A DNA stretch of 64,000 bases from IMG/VR virus record IMGVR_UViG_3300017963_000244, positions 1 through 64,000 of that record. The stretch is one strand, 5' to 3'. Under the pieces are notes generated by a model. It did not search any database and was not told the DNA's origin. It was given only the letters and a program-made list of their open reading frames with translations. Positions 25,289 to 35,347 of the stretch are shown piece after piece. Within the stretch, counting starts at the first letter, position 1. Every line of letters begins with the position of its first letter. Source of the stretch: an uncultured virus (IMG/VR IMGVR_UViG_3300017963_000244) (Duplodnaviria; Heunggongvirae; Uroviricota; Caudoviricetes). Both the position numbers and the translations under genes were made by a program.

Positions 25289-26080
25289 GTGTCGGTCTCG
25301 TTCAACGTCGGCCAGGAGCTCGGCCGGAACGACCTCTCCATCTTCCTCGTGGACGAGTTCGGCGTTCCGGTGAACGCCGCCGAGATCAGCTTCGCCATCT
25401 ACTTCGTGGACAAGAGCTCGGGTCCGCCGGGCGTCGAGGTGCTGATCCCCCCGCTCGAGCGAACTCCCGTGAACCCGGCCGTCGGGGAGTACTACGCTGC
25501 CGTTCTCGTCCCTCCCGGGGCCTCTCCCGGTGACTACCGGATACGCTGGAGCTTCAGGAGGACCCTCGCGGACGAGATCCAGGAGGTCGTGCAGGAGTTC
25601 GGGGTGAGCGATCCCTCCGCCTGCACGGACGGGCAGCCGCTCTTCTCGGCCTGCGTGGCGAGCCTGGTGGACAAGTTCAGGTACGCCGTCCGAGACGCGA
25701 ACCCGGACCGCAACTACCACTTCCGGCCCCCCGAGCAGGAGGGAGTCGTCAAGAAGTACAACCGGGTCTTCGGCTACATCTGGGAGGACCACGAGATCGT
25801 GGTCTTCCTTGAGATGTCCCTCGACTGGTTCAACTCTCTTCCGCCCGAGACGGCCGAGATCAGCACCCTCGACATGCTGTGTGCGCGCAAGCCCAACTGG
25901 CGCACCTTCATCATCTGGGGGGCCATCGTCCACGCCATGTTCGCGTTGGCGGCGAATTGGGTCGCCGACGAATTCTCCGTGGACGGCGAGACTCTCGTAC
26001 GCGTACACTTGCCGGAGGGGGGCACGTGTGAGCTTCCGATTTCCGAACTCTACGAGATCTGTGTAGAGGATGCTGACTAA
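25289..26080 (+). CDS. N-terminal half of a fractured (neck/connector-like) virion gene fused to split-intein IntN
   Basis: 229-aa extein ending WVADEF, then SVDGETLV...PISELY (intein block A) and a stop after 34 aa. Confidence 0.8.
   Translation: MSVSFNVGQELGRNDLSIFLVDEFGVPVNAAEISFAIYFVDKSSGPPGVEVLIPPLERTPVNPAVGEYYAAVLVPPGASPGDYRIRWSFRRTLADEIQEVVQEFGVSDPSACTDGQPLFSACVASLVDKFRYAVRDANPDRNYHFRPPEQEGVVKKYNRVFGYIWEDHEIVVFLEMSLDWFNSLPPETAEISTLDMLCARKPNWRTFIIWGAIVHAMFALAANWVADEFSVDGETLVRVHLPEGGTCELPISELYEICVEDAD
25976..26077 (+). mobile_element. Split intein N-fragment (34 aa, Ser1)
   Basis: SVDGETLVRV...LPISELYE matches the Hint block A pattern. Confidence 0.8.
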
Positions 26081-27023
26081 GCGACAGGTTCTTCAAGAGT
26101 ACGGCTTCAACGCGAAGACGTTCGACGCGTTGATCGAGACCGGCATCGTAAAGGTCGTTGTGCGCCCAGGAAAACGGAAAACCGTCTTCGTCCCGAAGGC
26201 GAGCTTAGACAGTCTCCTTGAGGGTGAGCACTATGTCGTGTGTCGGTGTTGTGGTTCCCGTCAGGCACAGATCTCGACCAAACACCTACGGTCTTGTGCT
26301 GGCGTTTCCCTTCAAGAATATCGTGAAAAGTACCCGGACGCGTTTCTTATGGCTCGTTGGACGGCTAGGAGGCGGTGCAAGACTCCGGTACAGCGCGCGG
26401 CGCAAAGCGAGAAACTGAAGGCTAGATTCACGACCAAGGTCGGAGAGGAGACGAGGCGCGTCATCTCCGAAGCGTCGAAGCGTATGCACGAGAAGGGGTA
26501 CCGAGACCGTGCCACCGTGCATCTAAAATCTCTGAACCAGTCTCCCGAGATGAGGGAGATGCACAGGACACACACTCAGGCGCGCTGGAATCAGGGAACC
26601 TTACGAGAGACGGTGACCTCGTGGCATGCCGAGAACCGTGAGCGATCCCTGGCTTCAATCGCCCATGCCCGTAGACATCTCCAAAGGATAAGCAGGCCTC
26701 ACCGAAAGATGAAGGCGGCGATGAAGGAGGCGGGCTTGCAGGAGTTCCAGACGGAGTACCCGGTCGCCTGGTATTCCATCGACGAGGCAATGCCCGGTCT
26801 GCGTCTCGCTGTCGAAGTGGACGGTTGTTACTGGCACGGGTGTGAAAGTTGTGGGATGCCTGGGACGTCTCGGATTCGTCGCATTGACAAGTCCAAGCAG
26901 ACTTACCTGGAAAACCGAGGGTGGACGGTGCTCAGATTCCCGGAACACCGGATCAACCGGGATGTCCAGGGTTGCGTCGCGGAGTTGTTGACCATCGTGA
27001 ATGAGATGGGAGGGCCGTCGTGA
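26070..27023 (+). CDS. Free-standing endonuclease (HTH + zinc finger + Vsr/DUF559-like nuclease) between the intein halves
   Basis: YVVCRCCG..KHL; EYPV..YSIDEA...AVEVDGCYWHG..D..K..YL...GWTVLRF.E; visibly lower GC. Confidence 0.8.
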   Translation: MLTKRQVLQEYGFNAKTFDALIETGIVKVVVRPGKRKTVFVPKASLDSLLEGEHYVVCRCCGSRQAQISTKHLRSCAGVSLQEYREKYPDAFLMARWTARRRCKTPVQRAAQSEKLKARFTTKVGEETRRVISEASKRMHEKGYRDRATVHLKSLNQSPEMREMHRTHTQARWNQGTLRETVTSWHAENRERSLASIAHARRHLQRISRPHRKMKAAMKEAGLQEFQTEYPVAWYSIDEAMPGLRLAVEVDGCYWHGCESCGMPGTSRIRRIDKSKQTYLENRGWTVLRFPEHRINRDVQGCVAELLTIVNEMGGPS

Positions 27024-27424
27024 TCGAAAACGACATACGTCGCGCCATCAGGGAGGCATACAGGGCTGGCACCCTTGCGGTGGAAGCGGTGGAACCGGAC
27101 TCTGGTCGCGTGGTTCGACGGCCACTGGAGAAAGTGATGCGCCACGACGTGCGTCACAAGCGGGCTTTTCGCGTGGCTACCGAGAGGGGAGACGTCATCG
27201 CGACGGAGGACCACTCCTTGTTCCTTCGGGCCGAAAATGGCATCAGAGAAGTCCAGACGAGCCACCTCGTGGCCGGAGACCGGATTGTCGCTGTCGCAGA
27301 CGGTGATGTGGTGGGGTTGGAAGTTGTTCACATCGAGGAGGTTGATACGCGGCAGCACATGTATGATCTGTCGGTTCCTGGACCGGAGAATTTCGTGATC
27401 GCGAACGGAATAGTGGCGCACAAC
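27020..27424 (+). mobile_element. Split intein C-fragment
   Basis: Contains blocks B, F and G but not block A. Confidence 0.85.
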
Positions 27425-27646
27425 TCGTATAGCATCGGAGGAATCAGCCTCGATCTCGAGCGGTCGTCGAAGTACGAGAGCCTCAAGTCCAACGCCGAGG
27501 GACAGCTCGACAAGGCTGCCGAGGCCAAGGCGCGGACCGTGAAGTTCATCCGCGGTCTACAGCAGCCGAAGTTTGGATTCGGCGTGAGGTCGTCCTTCGG
27601 CCCCCAGGTGGGTCGAGGGGTTTTGTCGCCCCGCTCGTTCGTTTAG
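27020..27646 (+). CDS. Split-intein IntC (135 aa) fused to the 73-aa C-terminal half of the fractured gene
   Basis: Block B IATEDHSLF, block F MYDLSV..ENF, block G ANGIVAHN then +1 Ser (SYSIGG). Confidence 0.85.
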   Translation: MIENDIRRAIREAYRAGTLAVEAVEPDSGRVVRRPLEKVMRHDVRHKRAFRVATERGDVIATEDHSLFLRAENGIREVQTSHLVAGDRIVAVADGDVVGLEVVHIEEVDTRQHMYDLSVPGPENFVIANGIVAHNSYSIGGISLDLERSSKYESLKSNAEGQLDKAAEAKARTVKFIRGLQQPKFGFGVRSSFGPQVGRGVLSPRSFV

Positions 27647-27697
27647 TGAGGTTTCTCACATCGGCTTGATTTCCTTCATCCTCCTGACTCGGTTACA

Positions 27698-30016
27698 TTG
27701 TTACGAGTGACCGAGATTCGCTGTCCCGCGTGTCAGAAGCTCCTCTCGTCTCCCAAGGCCGTCCCCAAGCACACGAACGGCTGCCCAAAGTGGGACGAGG
27801 TGATCGGTGTGCCGCCGTCAGAGTTCGACTTCGACAGGCACTTCCGGCGGGGTCTCTGGGCTCCTGAGAAGGTCGAGAACGAGGACTACGTCCGTTGCCT
27901 GCTCTGTGCCGCCGAGGGCGCAGAGGTCCGCGTGAAGCGTCTGAGCGACCACCTCAAGCGCGTGCACGACGGCATGGAGCGCAGGGGGTACGAGGAGCGG
28001 TTCCCCCGAGCCCCGGTCGTCGCCCGTTCGTCGGGGGCAAAGCGGAAAGAGACGACCCGACGGAAGTACGGCGTGGACAACGTAGGGCAGAGCGATGGGG
28101 TCAAGGAGAAGACGCGCCGGGCTGCCCGAGAGAAGTACGGGGTCGATCACCACCTCCAGGCCGAGGAGGTGAAGAAGCGTCGGGCCGAGACGAACCTTGA
28201 GCGCTACGGGGCCGAGAATGTGTTCAGGGCGGAAGGTGTGAAGGAGAAGATCCGCACATCGATGCTCGAGCGTCACGGGGCCGAGAATCCTCAGCGGGTT
28301 CCCGAGATTCGGCAACGCACGCGGCGGACCATGTTGGAGCGGTACGGGGCCGTCTCGTTCCTCCAGTCCGCAGCTTGGCACGCCGCGCTGGCGCGTGCTC
28401 GGGGAGAGCGCGAAAAGGCCCGGAGAGAGGGGTTGATCGCCTCGGGCCGCTACGAGGTCTGTCCCCACTGCGACGAGGTGTTCACCAAGGTCACGAGCCG
28501 TCACAAGGCCGTCTGCCAGGGTTGGCCCGACACGGAGGACCCGGAGCCGTGCCTGTGCGGACACGAGAGTACGAGCCTGACGCAGATGAAGCGCCATCGT
28601 CAGGTGTGCGTGGTGTGGCAGACGAGGGACGCGGACGCGGTGGCCCGTGCCCGTCGTGTTCGGACGATGCGGGAGCGTCACGGCGTGGAGAACCCGATGC
28701 AGTCGGAGGAGTTCCGTGCCCGGGCGGCGCGGACGAACCTCGAACGGTACGGGGCCGAGAGCGTGTTCGCCCGTGAGTCCAGCAAGTTCGACGAGCTGCA
28801 GGCGTCGCTCGAGGGCAAGCGCCCGGTGCTGCGTGGTGAGGACAACCCGTTCTCGAGACCCGAGGTCCAGGAGAAGATCCGGGAGACGATGCGCGAGCGC
28901 CACGGGGCCGAGAATCCTCAGCAGGTTCCCGAGATCCGTGCCCGGACGAGGGCGACCAACCTCGAGCGGTGCGGGCACGAGGAGACGCTGGCGTCTCCCG
29001 AGATTCGCGAGCGCATCGCGGCGACGAACGAGGAGCGCTACGGAGGACCCGCGCCGTCGTGCTCTCCCGAGGTGGTCGAGCGGCAGCGTCGGACGAACCT
29101 GGAGCGCTACGGGGTCCCGTGGACGGCGATGGACCCCGAGGTGCGACGCAAGCAGCTCGAGACGATGGAGGCGAGATACGGTTCGCACTTCTTCGCCTCC
29201 GGGGAGGGCAAGCGTCGCGTGGTCGAGGGCATGCAGGCCAAGTACGGCGTGGACTACTACGCGCAGGTCGAAGGGTTCTGGGAGCAGCAGGTCGAGCGGT
29301 TCGTGGAGAAGTACGGGGTCACGCATCCGCTCCAGCTCGCGGAGTTCTTGGACAAGCGCCGGGAGACCTGCCAGGAGCGCTACGGTGTGGACAACCCGCT
29401 CCAGAGCCCGGAGATCATGGCGAAGGTCGTGGCCACCTGTTTGGATAGGTATGGGGCCCCGACAGCTCAAGAGGCACCGCAGGTCAGAGAGAAGACCATC
29501 CGCACCTGTCTTGCCAAGGTCGGCAAGACGTTCCCGGAGTACGAGATTCCCGCATCCTCCGAGGAGAACCTGATCGAGCGCTACGGCGTCACGCATCCCC
29601 AGAGCGACCGAGACTACGCATCCTACTTCCTGCACCAGATGGGCGAGTCCACGAAGTTCGGCCCGAACGGCCTCGAGCGTCGCGTGGCCAAGTTGGAACC
29701 TCGGCTCGTGTACACGGGCAATCGGAGGTTCTGGCGGTGGCTCCCGAAACTCGGTCACCACAAGAACCCCGACTTCATCCTGCCGGGACCCGATCCCGGT
29801 AAGCCGAAGAAGGGCGTGACGAGGGTCGTCGAGGCGTTCGGCGACTTCTGGCACTCGCGGATGTTCACGGGAAGGGCGCCGTTCGACCACGAGCAGGAGC
29901 TCGTCGAGGCGTACGCCGAGGTCGGGCTCGAGTGCCTGGTCGTCTGGGAGTCCGAGGTCAAGGAGGATCCCGACGACGTCCGCGAGCGCCTGGCGTCGTT
30001 CGTCGAGGTTCGATGA
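27698..30016 (+). CDS. Zinc-finger / 23-aa-repeat protein with C-terminal Vsr-like endonuclease domain
   Basis: About 17-18 (T/S)xxE(R/K)(Y/H)G repeats; NPDFI...VVEAFGDFWH...LVVWESE. Confidence 0.75.
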   Translation: MLRVTEIRCPACQKLLSSPKAVPKHTNGCPKWDEVIGVPPSEFDFDRHFRRGLWAPEKVENEDYVRCLLCAAEGAEVRVKRLSDHLKRVHDGMERRGYEERFPRAPVVARSSGAKRKETTRRKYGVDNVGQSDGVKEKTRRAAREKYGVDHHLQAEEVKKRRAETNLERYGAENVFRAEGVKEKIRTSMLERHGAENPQRVPEIRQRTRRTMLERYGAVSFLQSAAWHAALARARGEREKARREGLIASGRYEVCPHCDEVFTKVTSRHKAVCQGWPDTEDPEPCLCGHESTSLTQMKRHRQVCVVWQTRDADAVARARRVRTMRERHGVENPMQSEEFRARAARTNLERYGAESVFARESSKFDELQASLEGKRPVLRGEDNPFSRPEVQEKIRETMRERHGAENPQQVPEIRARTRATNLERCGHEETLASPEIRERIAATNEERYGGPAPSCSPEVVERQRRTNLERYGVPWTAMDPEVRRKQLETMEARYGSHFFASGEGKRRVVEGMQAKYGVDYYAQVEGFWEQQVERFVEKYGVTHPLQLAEFLDKRRETCQERYGVDNPLQSPEIMAKVVATCLDRYGAPTAQEAPQVREKTIRTCLAKVGKTFPEYEIPASSEENLIERYGVTHPQSDRDYASYFLHQMGESTKFGPNGLERRVAKLEPRLVYTGNRRFWRWLPKLGHHKNPDFILPGPDPGKPKKGVTRVVEAFGDFWHSRMFTGRAPFDHEQELVEAYAEVGLECLVVWESEVKEDPDDVRERLASFVEVR

Positions 30017-30050
30017 TCGCTTGATGGGATCCTCTCCGTAGGAACCCTCC

Positions 30051-30257
30051 TTGAACTGGACCGTCGACCTGCGAGAGGGAGACACCTCCTACACGTACAC
30101 GTGGGACGAGTACGAGCTCCGACCGACGATGTCGGATCGCACGGGAAAGTACCTCATCGTCTTTCGAGGCGTCCCCCTCGACGGCAAGCCCCGGTGCCTG
30201 AGCCTCTCCCGACGACGGGCGCTGGAGCACGCGGCCCGGAGGGGGGTCCGTGAGTAG
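30051..30257 (+). CDS. Small hypothetical protein
   Basis: Short ORF after a promoter-like motif, overlapping the next gene. Confidence 0.45.
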   Translation: MNWTVDLREGDTSYTYTWDEYELRPTMSDRTGKYLIVFRGVPLDGKPRCLSLSRRRALEHAARRGVRE

Positions 30258-30468
30258 GCCCAAGAGGCAGGTAGGTCCGAGGCCCGTCGTCTCCAAGGTG
30301 CCGCGTCCGAAGGTCGTCGTGCCGCTCCCGATCAAGGGACAGCTCGGCGCGGGAGACCTCGTCAAGAAGGTCACGACTGCCCTGGGAATCCGATCCTGCT
30401 CGGGCTGCGAGCAGCGCCGCCGGAGGTTGAACCGAGCGCTGGTGTTCGGGCGCAGGCGAGCCCGCTGA
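30250..30468 (+). CDS. Small CxxC-containing phage protein
   Basis: GAGDLVKKVT.ALGIRSCSGCEQRRRRLN; GGAGG RBS. Confidence 0.6.
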   Translation: MSRPKRQVGPRPVVSKVPRPKVVVPLPIKGQLGAGDLVKKVTTALGIRSCSGCEQRRRRLNRALVFGRRRAR

Positions 30469-30568
30469 CGCCTTCGTGAAAAGGCGATGACGGCCCCGTG
30501 GCGGCCGGTAATCGCTGAATAAGCCGGAGTAGGCAGGGGCCGGTGCGCCCCGCGCCCGGATCTTCGCA

Positions 30569-32227
30569 GTGGCCCAGAGCAACATCGTCGCCGTCCTGAT
30601 CGTCCGGTGCACCCACACCGGGGTCTACGCTGACGGACGCCCCAACACGGCGTCGGTGACCCTCTACGACCTCGACGAGATCACCATCCAGAAGAACCGG
30701 ACCCGCGCGGTGCCGGTGCCTCCGGGCGGCTACGTGGACATCCCCATCTCCACGCGCACCTTCGTCAGCTACCACGAGGGTGCGATCTGCAAGCACGTCG
30801 CGAACGGCGAAATCACTGCCGAGGTCATCTTTCAGATGCGGGAGGCGGGCAACTGCGGAGGGCCCGCCGGGACGGGACAGGCGCTTCGACCCGCGGTCCT
30901 GAACGCCGAGCGCGTCGCCGACGAGCTCAGGCTCGTCATCCCCGACAACGTCGTTCCGACGAACCTCGACTCGGTCGGCTTCCTCGAGGGCGAGGCCGTC
31001 ACGATCACCGGCCTGACGGGCGCCTTCCAAGGTCTCGACGGGGACTACGTCATCGAGGAGGTGGCGCTGGGCACAGGCCTCGCGGGGGCGCAGGCCGGGA
31101 GCTACCTGGTCGTGGTCCCCTCCGTGGGACCGGACATCGCCGCCGCGACGCTGTCGGGCGTCAACCTGTGCCTCACCTCGGAGTGCGGCGGCGGTCGGGT
31201 CGTCGCGCAGTTCAACAGCGGAGGCGACACGGGCGGTCTGGGTCCCGACGTCTACGGATACATCGGCGGCCAGCTGTTTCCGAACGCCGGAGGCGGCGGA
31301 GCTCCCGTCGACGCGACCTACGTGACGATGTCGCTCAACCCGACGCTGACGCAGGAGCGCGTCCTGACGCCCGGCACCGGCGTCGGCATCGTGGACGGGG
31401 GCGCCAACAATCCTGTCACCGTCAGCGTCACCGCGACGCTCTCGCAGATCCTCGGCAACGGGAACTCCACGGGCGGCTTCGACATCGTCGTCTCGACCGG
31501 GGACCGGATCGTCGGACAGACGGACCTGGTGCTCGATCCCGGCGCGGGACCCGGCGACAACGTGGTCATCGACGGCCTGACGTGGCCCTCGGCCGACGGC
31601 CTGGCGGGGCAGGCAGTCGTCACGAACGGGCTCGGCGTCCTGAGCTTCGCGAACCCGGCCCCAGCCCTCCACGCCCCGACCCACGTCCATCTCGGCACGG
31701 ACGAGGTCGACGGAGACAAACTCGACATCGACTTCGTCCCGGTGAACTACGTGCGCACCCCCGTCGCGCCGTGGTCGACTAGCGTCGAGGAGCTCGCCTC
31801 GCACCTCAAGGGCATCGACAACGCCCTGGCGGCCGCGGGCACCACGGCGGTCCTCCAATGGGGCAACGAGAACGTCGGCAGCAGCACGGCGACCAGGTAC
31901 CTCGATCCCGGATACGAGCAGCGCCTGGCCCCCCTCGGCACGGGCCTCATACAGCTGAGAACCCCGCGAGCCGGGACCCTCCGGAATCTCTACATCCGGC
32001 ACAACAGTCCGGGCGGCACGGGAGTCACCATCACCTACACGGTCCGCGTCAACGGGGTGGCGAGCGCCCTGGCGGTGGGACTCGCGAGCACGGCAGCCAA
32101 CGCCCAGAACACGGTCAGCTCGGTCGTCGTCGCGGCCGGTGACCTCGTCGACATCGAGGTCACGAAGATCGCCGTCGCCGGGGGAGCCTCGATAGCCCCC
32201 GAGGCCACGGTGGAGGTGGCCGCGTGA
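30569..32227 (+). CDS. Putative fibre/decoration structural protein
   Basis: G/T/V-rich; LTWPSADGLAGQ..TNG.G.LSF fibre-type motif; C-terminal beta domain. Confidence 0.6.
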   Translation: MAQSNIVAVLIVRCTHTGVYADGRPNTASVTLYDLDEITIQKNRTRAVPVPPGGYVDIPISTRTFVSYHEGAICKHVANGEITAEVIFQMREAGNCGGPAGTGQALRPAVLNAERVADELRLVIPDNVVPTNLDSVGFLEGEAVTITGLTGAFQGLDGDYVIEEVALGTGLAGAQAGSYLVVVPSVGPDIAAATLSGVNLCLTSECGGGRVVAQFNSGGDTGGLGPDVYGYIGGQLFPNAGGGGAPVDATYVTMSLNPTLTQERVLTPGTGVGIVDGGANNPVTVSVTATLSQILGNGNSTGGFDIVVSTGDRIVGQTDLVLDPGAGPGDNVVIDGLTWPSADGLAGQAVVTNGLGVLSFANPAPALHAPTHVHLGTDEVDGDKLDIDFVPVNYVRTPVAPWSTSVEELASHLKGIDNALAAAGTTAVLQWGNENVGSSTATRYLDPGYEQRLAPLGTGLIQLRTPRAGTLRNLYIRHNSPGGTGVTITYTVRVNGVASALAVGLASTAANAQNTVSSVVVAAGDLVDIEVTKIAVAGGASIAPEATVEVAA

Positions 32228-33198
32228 GCACCTTCCGCTACCGCTGGATCGGGATCTCGTCGAGCAACCTGGACAACCTGGTCGAGGCTGGCTCGGGCGC
32301 GAGCCGAACGGCGCTCTTCCGGGCCCCGTTCGAGGAGGTCACGCTGGCCGACGACACCCGGTCGCCCGAGCTCGACTACCTCATGGGACAGCTCGGATAC
32401 TCCCCCGACTCGACGGGTCCGACCGTGGTCGTCACCTCGGGTCCCTACACGGTCGGCACGGAGTACAACGTCCTCGTCAACGCGTCCACGGGGCCCGTCT
32501 TCGTCGACCTGCCGCTCACGGCGAGCCGGCTCGGGAACGACGTGCTGGTCATGAAGATCGACGCGAGCACCAACGCGGTCACGGTGCGCAGGTCGGGGGC
32601 CGAAACCATCGACGGGCAGACCACGCAGGTCCTCGACCAGCAGAACGAGGCGCTCCTCCTGATCGGAGACGCCTCGACCGCGAACTGGCACATCTCGGCC
32701 AGTCGCCGGGGCTCGGACATCTCCTACGACAACAGCCTGACGACGACGATCACGGCGACCGATGTCCAGAACGCCATCCAGGAGATCGTCAACAACGACC
32801 TCACGGCGCTCGAGGTGTTCACGGCCGGGGAGGCGCTTCAGGTCGGGGACGTGCTCACTCTCAACTCCGCCGGGAACGTCATTCGCGCGAATTCTTCTAT
32901 CGCGGGCGCCATCTGGGAGGTGATCGGGGTGTCTAGGCAGGCCGTCCTCGGCGGCTCTCTCGTCGAGGTCTTCACGAAGTCCGGATCGAGTCCGAACGCT
33001 CGATTCGGCGTGGTTCCGGGGGCGGCGCTGAACGGGCGCATCGTGTTTCTGGACTCTGCCTCGGGGCAGGCGACCACGACGCCACCCACGTCAAATGGGA
33101 ACACACTTTTCACGATCGGGACGCTGCGAGGCGCGAACGGGGTGACGCTCACCCCCACGATCGTGTTCCGTCCGCAGTTCGTCGCGTTCCGAACCTAG
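32224..33198 (+). CDS. Putative structural protein with C-terminal decoration/cement-like domain
   Basis: TAGEALQVGDV...IVFRPQF C-terminus shared with the next gene. Confidence 0.6.
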   Translation: MSTFRYRWIGISSSNLDNLVEAGSGASRTALFRAPFEEVTLADDTRSPELDYLMGQLGYSPDSTGPTVVVTSGPYTVGTEYNVLVNASTGPVFVDLPLTASRLGNDVLVMKIDASTNAVTVRRSGAETIDGQTTQVLDQQNEALLLIGDASTANWHISASRRGSDISYDNSLTTTITATDVQNAIQEIVNNDLTALEVFTAGEALQVGDVLTLNSAGNVIRANSSIAGAIWEVIGVSRQAVLGGSLVEVFTKSGSSPNARFGVVPGAALNGRIVFLDSASGQATTTPPTSNGNTLFTIGTLRGANGVTLTPTIVFRPQFVAFRT

Positions 33199-33207
33199 AG
33201 GTGTGCT

Positions 33208-35334
33208 ATGAGCGGAAACCAGACCGACAACCTTCTCCTGCTCGATCTCACCACGGGGTTGGCGCGCACGCCAGAGGTGGGCGGCACCCCGGACACGATC
33301 CAGCTGTCCACCGACGTGGAGCTGATCTCGGGCGCCAACATGCTGGTCGACGGAGACCTGACGGTCAACGGGACCACGACGACGGTCCACTCCCAGCAAG
33401 TCAACATCAGGGACAACCACCTCTACCTGAACGCGGACTACACGACCACGGTGGCGGAGACGGGTGGCCTCGTCATCAACGTCCTGCCGACGGCCACCGC
33501 GGACACCGTCGCGGCCGGAGGCTTCACGGCGGGCAACGGCGGCGTCAGCAACCCCACGGTCGTCACCACGGGCTCGGGCACGTTCTCGGCCGGCGACATC
33601 ATCCAGGTCGCCGGCGCCAACGACCAGAGCAACGACGGGATCTTCGAGGTCTGGACCCACGTCGGAAACACGCTGACGATCAAGGGCATCGGGATCACGG
33701 GTGCGACCGTCCCGTGGGTGCTGAACGACTTCGCGACCGACGCGACGGCCGGCGGCGACATCCGCGTCGTCAACGTGAACGTCCTTGAGGGCAACTCGAG
33801 CGGTGACTGGCAGACGGCGATGGTCAATACCACGACGGGAATCGCCTACAGCACGCTCACGAAGCAGGGCATCGTCGACCTCCAGGAGGCGTACGAGCAG
33901 GGCAACACGATCACGACGAGCGCTACCTATGGCAACGTGGTGATCGCGGGCACCCAGCTGCTCCAGGTGACGGCGACCGGAGGCATCGACCTGAACACGC
34001 AGTTCGACGCGGACGTGACTGTGTTCGACGTGCAGATGACCGGGACGAATGGGTTCAGCATCGATGGCACCGCGACATCGAACATCGGCGTCGACTCCGG
34101 GAACCTGGATCTGGCGACGACGACGACGGGGGACATCAACATCAGCGCGATCCAGGAGCTCGACTTGGATGCCGGGACGACCCTGGTCGGGAACACCGCG
34201 AACGACGCCGACGCCTCGGGTCACGACATTACCTTCACGGCCGGTTCCTCGACAGCGGGAGGGGCGAATGGGGCATCCATCATCCTGACTCCGGGCGATG
34301 GGAACGTTGCTGGGGTGGCCGGTTCGGTGGACGTCACGGGACCGAACGACGAGGACGAGGCCATCTTCACCTTGGAGACGACGGGAACCAACGGCGACAA
34401 GATCGAGATGTTCGTCGGGGACTCGGACCCCAGCGGCGTGATTACCGGCTTGGCGGGCTCGCTGTTCTTCCGGGACACGGGAACCGGGGCGGAGGTGTAC
34501 CTGAACACCTCCGCGAATTCGGGAACCGCCTGGACGGCACTGTCGACCGCGGCGGGCGCCACCCTCCAGTCGGCGTACGAGGCCGGGAACACGATCACGA
34601 CGAGCGCCACCGAGGGGGACATCACGTTTCAGGGGACGGAGGACTTCATCGTGGGGGGCGGCGTCACCGTCGACTTCGACACGACGGACGCCATCAGCTT
34701 CGACGCCGACGTGGCCTCGAACTTCACGGTCGACGGCGGGAATCTGACGCTGAGCACCACGACCTCGGGAACGCTCGCCCTCACGTCGGCCGATGACATC
34801 CAGGTGACGTTCGAGGCCGGCAATGCCTCGGCCATGGTGTTCGACGACGGAGTCAACAACTACATCACCCTTGACTCGACGGCGGCGAACCAGGCCGTCG
34901 AACTCAACCAGTTCCTGGACCTCGTCGGCAAGGGGGGCGGCATCACCCTCACGGCTGGCGAGAGCCTGACGGCCGGCGACGTGGTCACGATTGAGGACAC
35001 GACGGGGGACTGCATCAAGGCGGACTCCAACACGGGCGTAACCATTGACGGCCTCTGCATCGGGATCGTCGCCATCGGGGCCAACGACACGAATCCCGTG
35101 AAGGTGTTCACGGTTCCGGGGAGTCTGATCCCCGTGACCTTCGCGGCGGCTCCGGCCGCCAACCGCAACGGCGATCCCGTGTGGGTGAGCCAGACGCCGG
35201 GGGTCGCCACCCTCACGCCCCCCACGGCCTCCGGGAATGTCCAGTACGTGATCGGCATCCTCCAGGGGGCGGACGGGGCCAACACGAGCCCGCTCATCGT
35301 GTTCCAGCCGCAGTTCATCGCGGTGCGGCCCTAA
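33208..35334 (+). CDS. Putative fibre protein
   Basis: GDLTVNGTTTTV..VNIRDN fibre motif; two LQxAYExGNTITT repeats; same C-terminal domain as the previous gene. Confidence 0.65.
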   Translation: MSGNQTDNLLLLDLTTGLARTPEVGGTPDTIQLSTDVELISGANMLVDGDLTVNGTTTTVHSQQVNIRDNHLYLNADYTTTVAETGGLVINVLPTATADTVAAGGFTAGNGGVSNPTVVTTGSGTFSAGDIIQVAGANDQSNDGIFEVWTHVGNTLTIKGIGITGATVPWVLNDFATDATAGGDIRVVNVNVLEGNSSGDWQTAMVNTTTGIAYSTLTKQGIVDLQEAYEQGNTITTSATYGNVVIAGTQLLQVTATGGIDLNTQFDADVTVFDVQMTGTNGFSIDGTATSNIGVDSGNLDLATTTTGDINISAIQELDLDAGTTLVGNTANDADASGHDITFTAGSSTAGGANGASIILTPGDGNVAGVAGSVDVTGPNDEDEAIFTLETTGTNGDKIEMFVGDSDPSGVITGLAGSLFFRDTGTGAEVYLNTSANSGTAWTALSTAAGATLQSAYEAGNTITTSATEGDITFQGTEDFIVGGGVTVDFDTTDAISFDADVASNFTVDGGNLTLSTTTSGTLALTSADDIQVTFEAGNASAMVFDDGVNNYITLDSTAANQAVELNQFLDLVGKGGGITLTAGESLTAGDVVTIEDTTGDCIKADSNTGVTIDGLCIGIVAIGANDTNPVKVFTVPGSLIPVTFAAAPAANRNGDPVWVSQTPGVATLTPPTASGNVQYVIGILQGADGANTSPLIVFQPQFIAVRP

Positions 35335-35347
35335 GGAGTCTTGAACC

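Noticed and set aside
26070..27023. Group I intron explanation for the endonuclease insertion
   Set aside because: The endonuclease ORF overlaps both flanking ORFs, leaving no non-coding room for a ribozyme core; split-intein motifs explain the layout. RT-PCR would exclude it formally.
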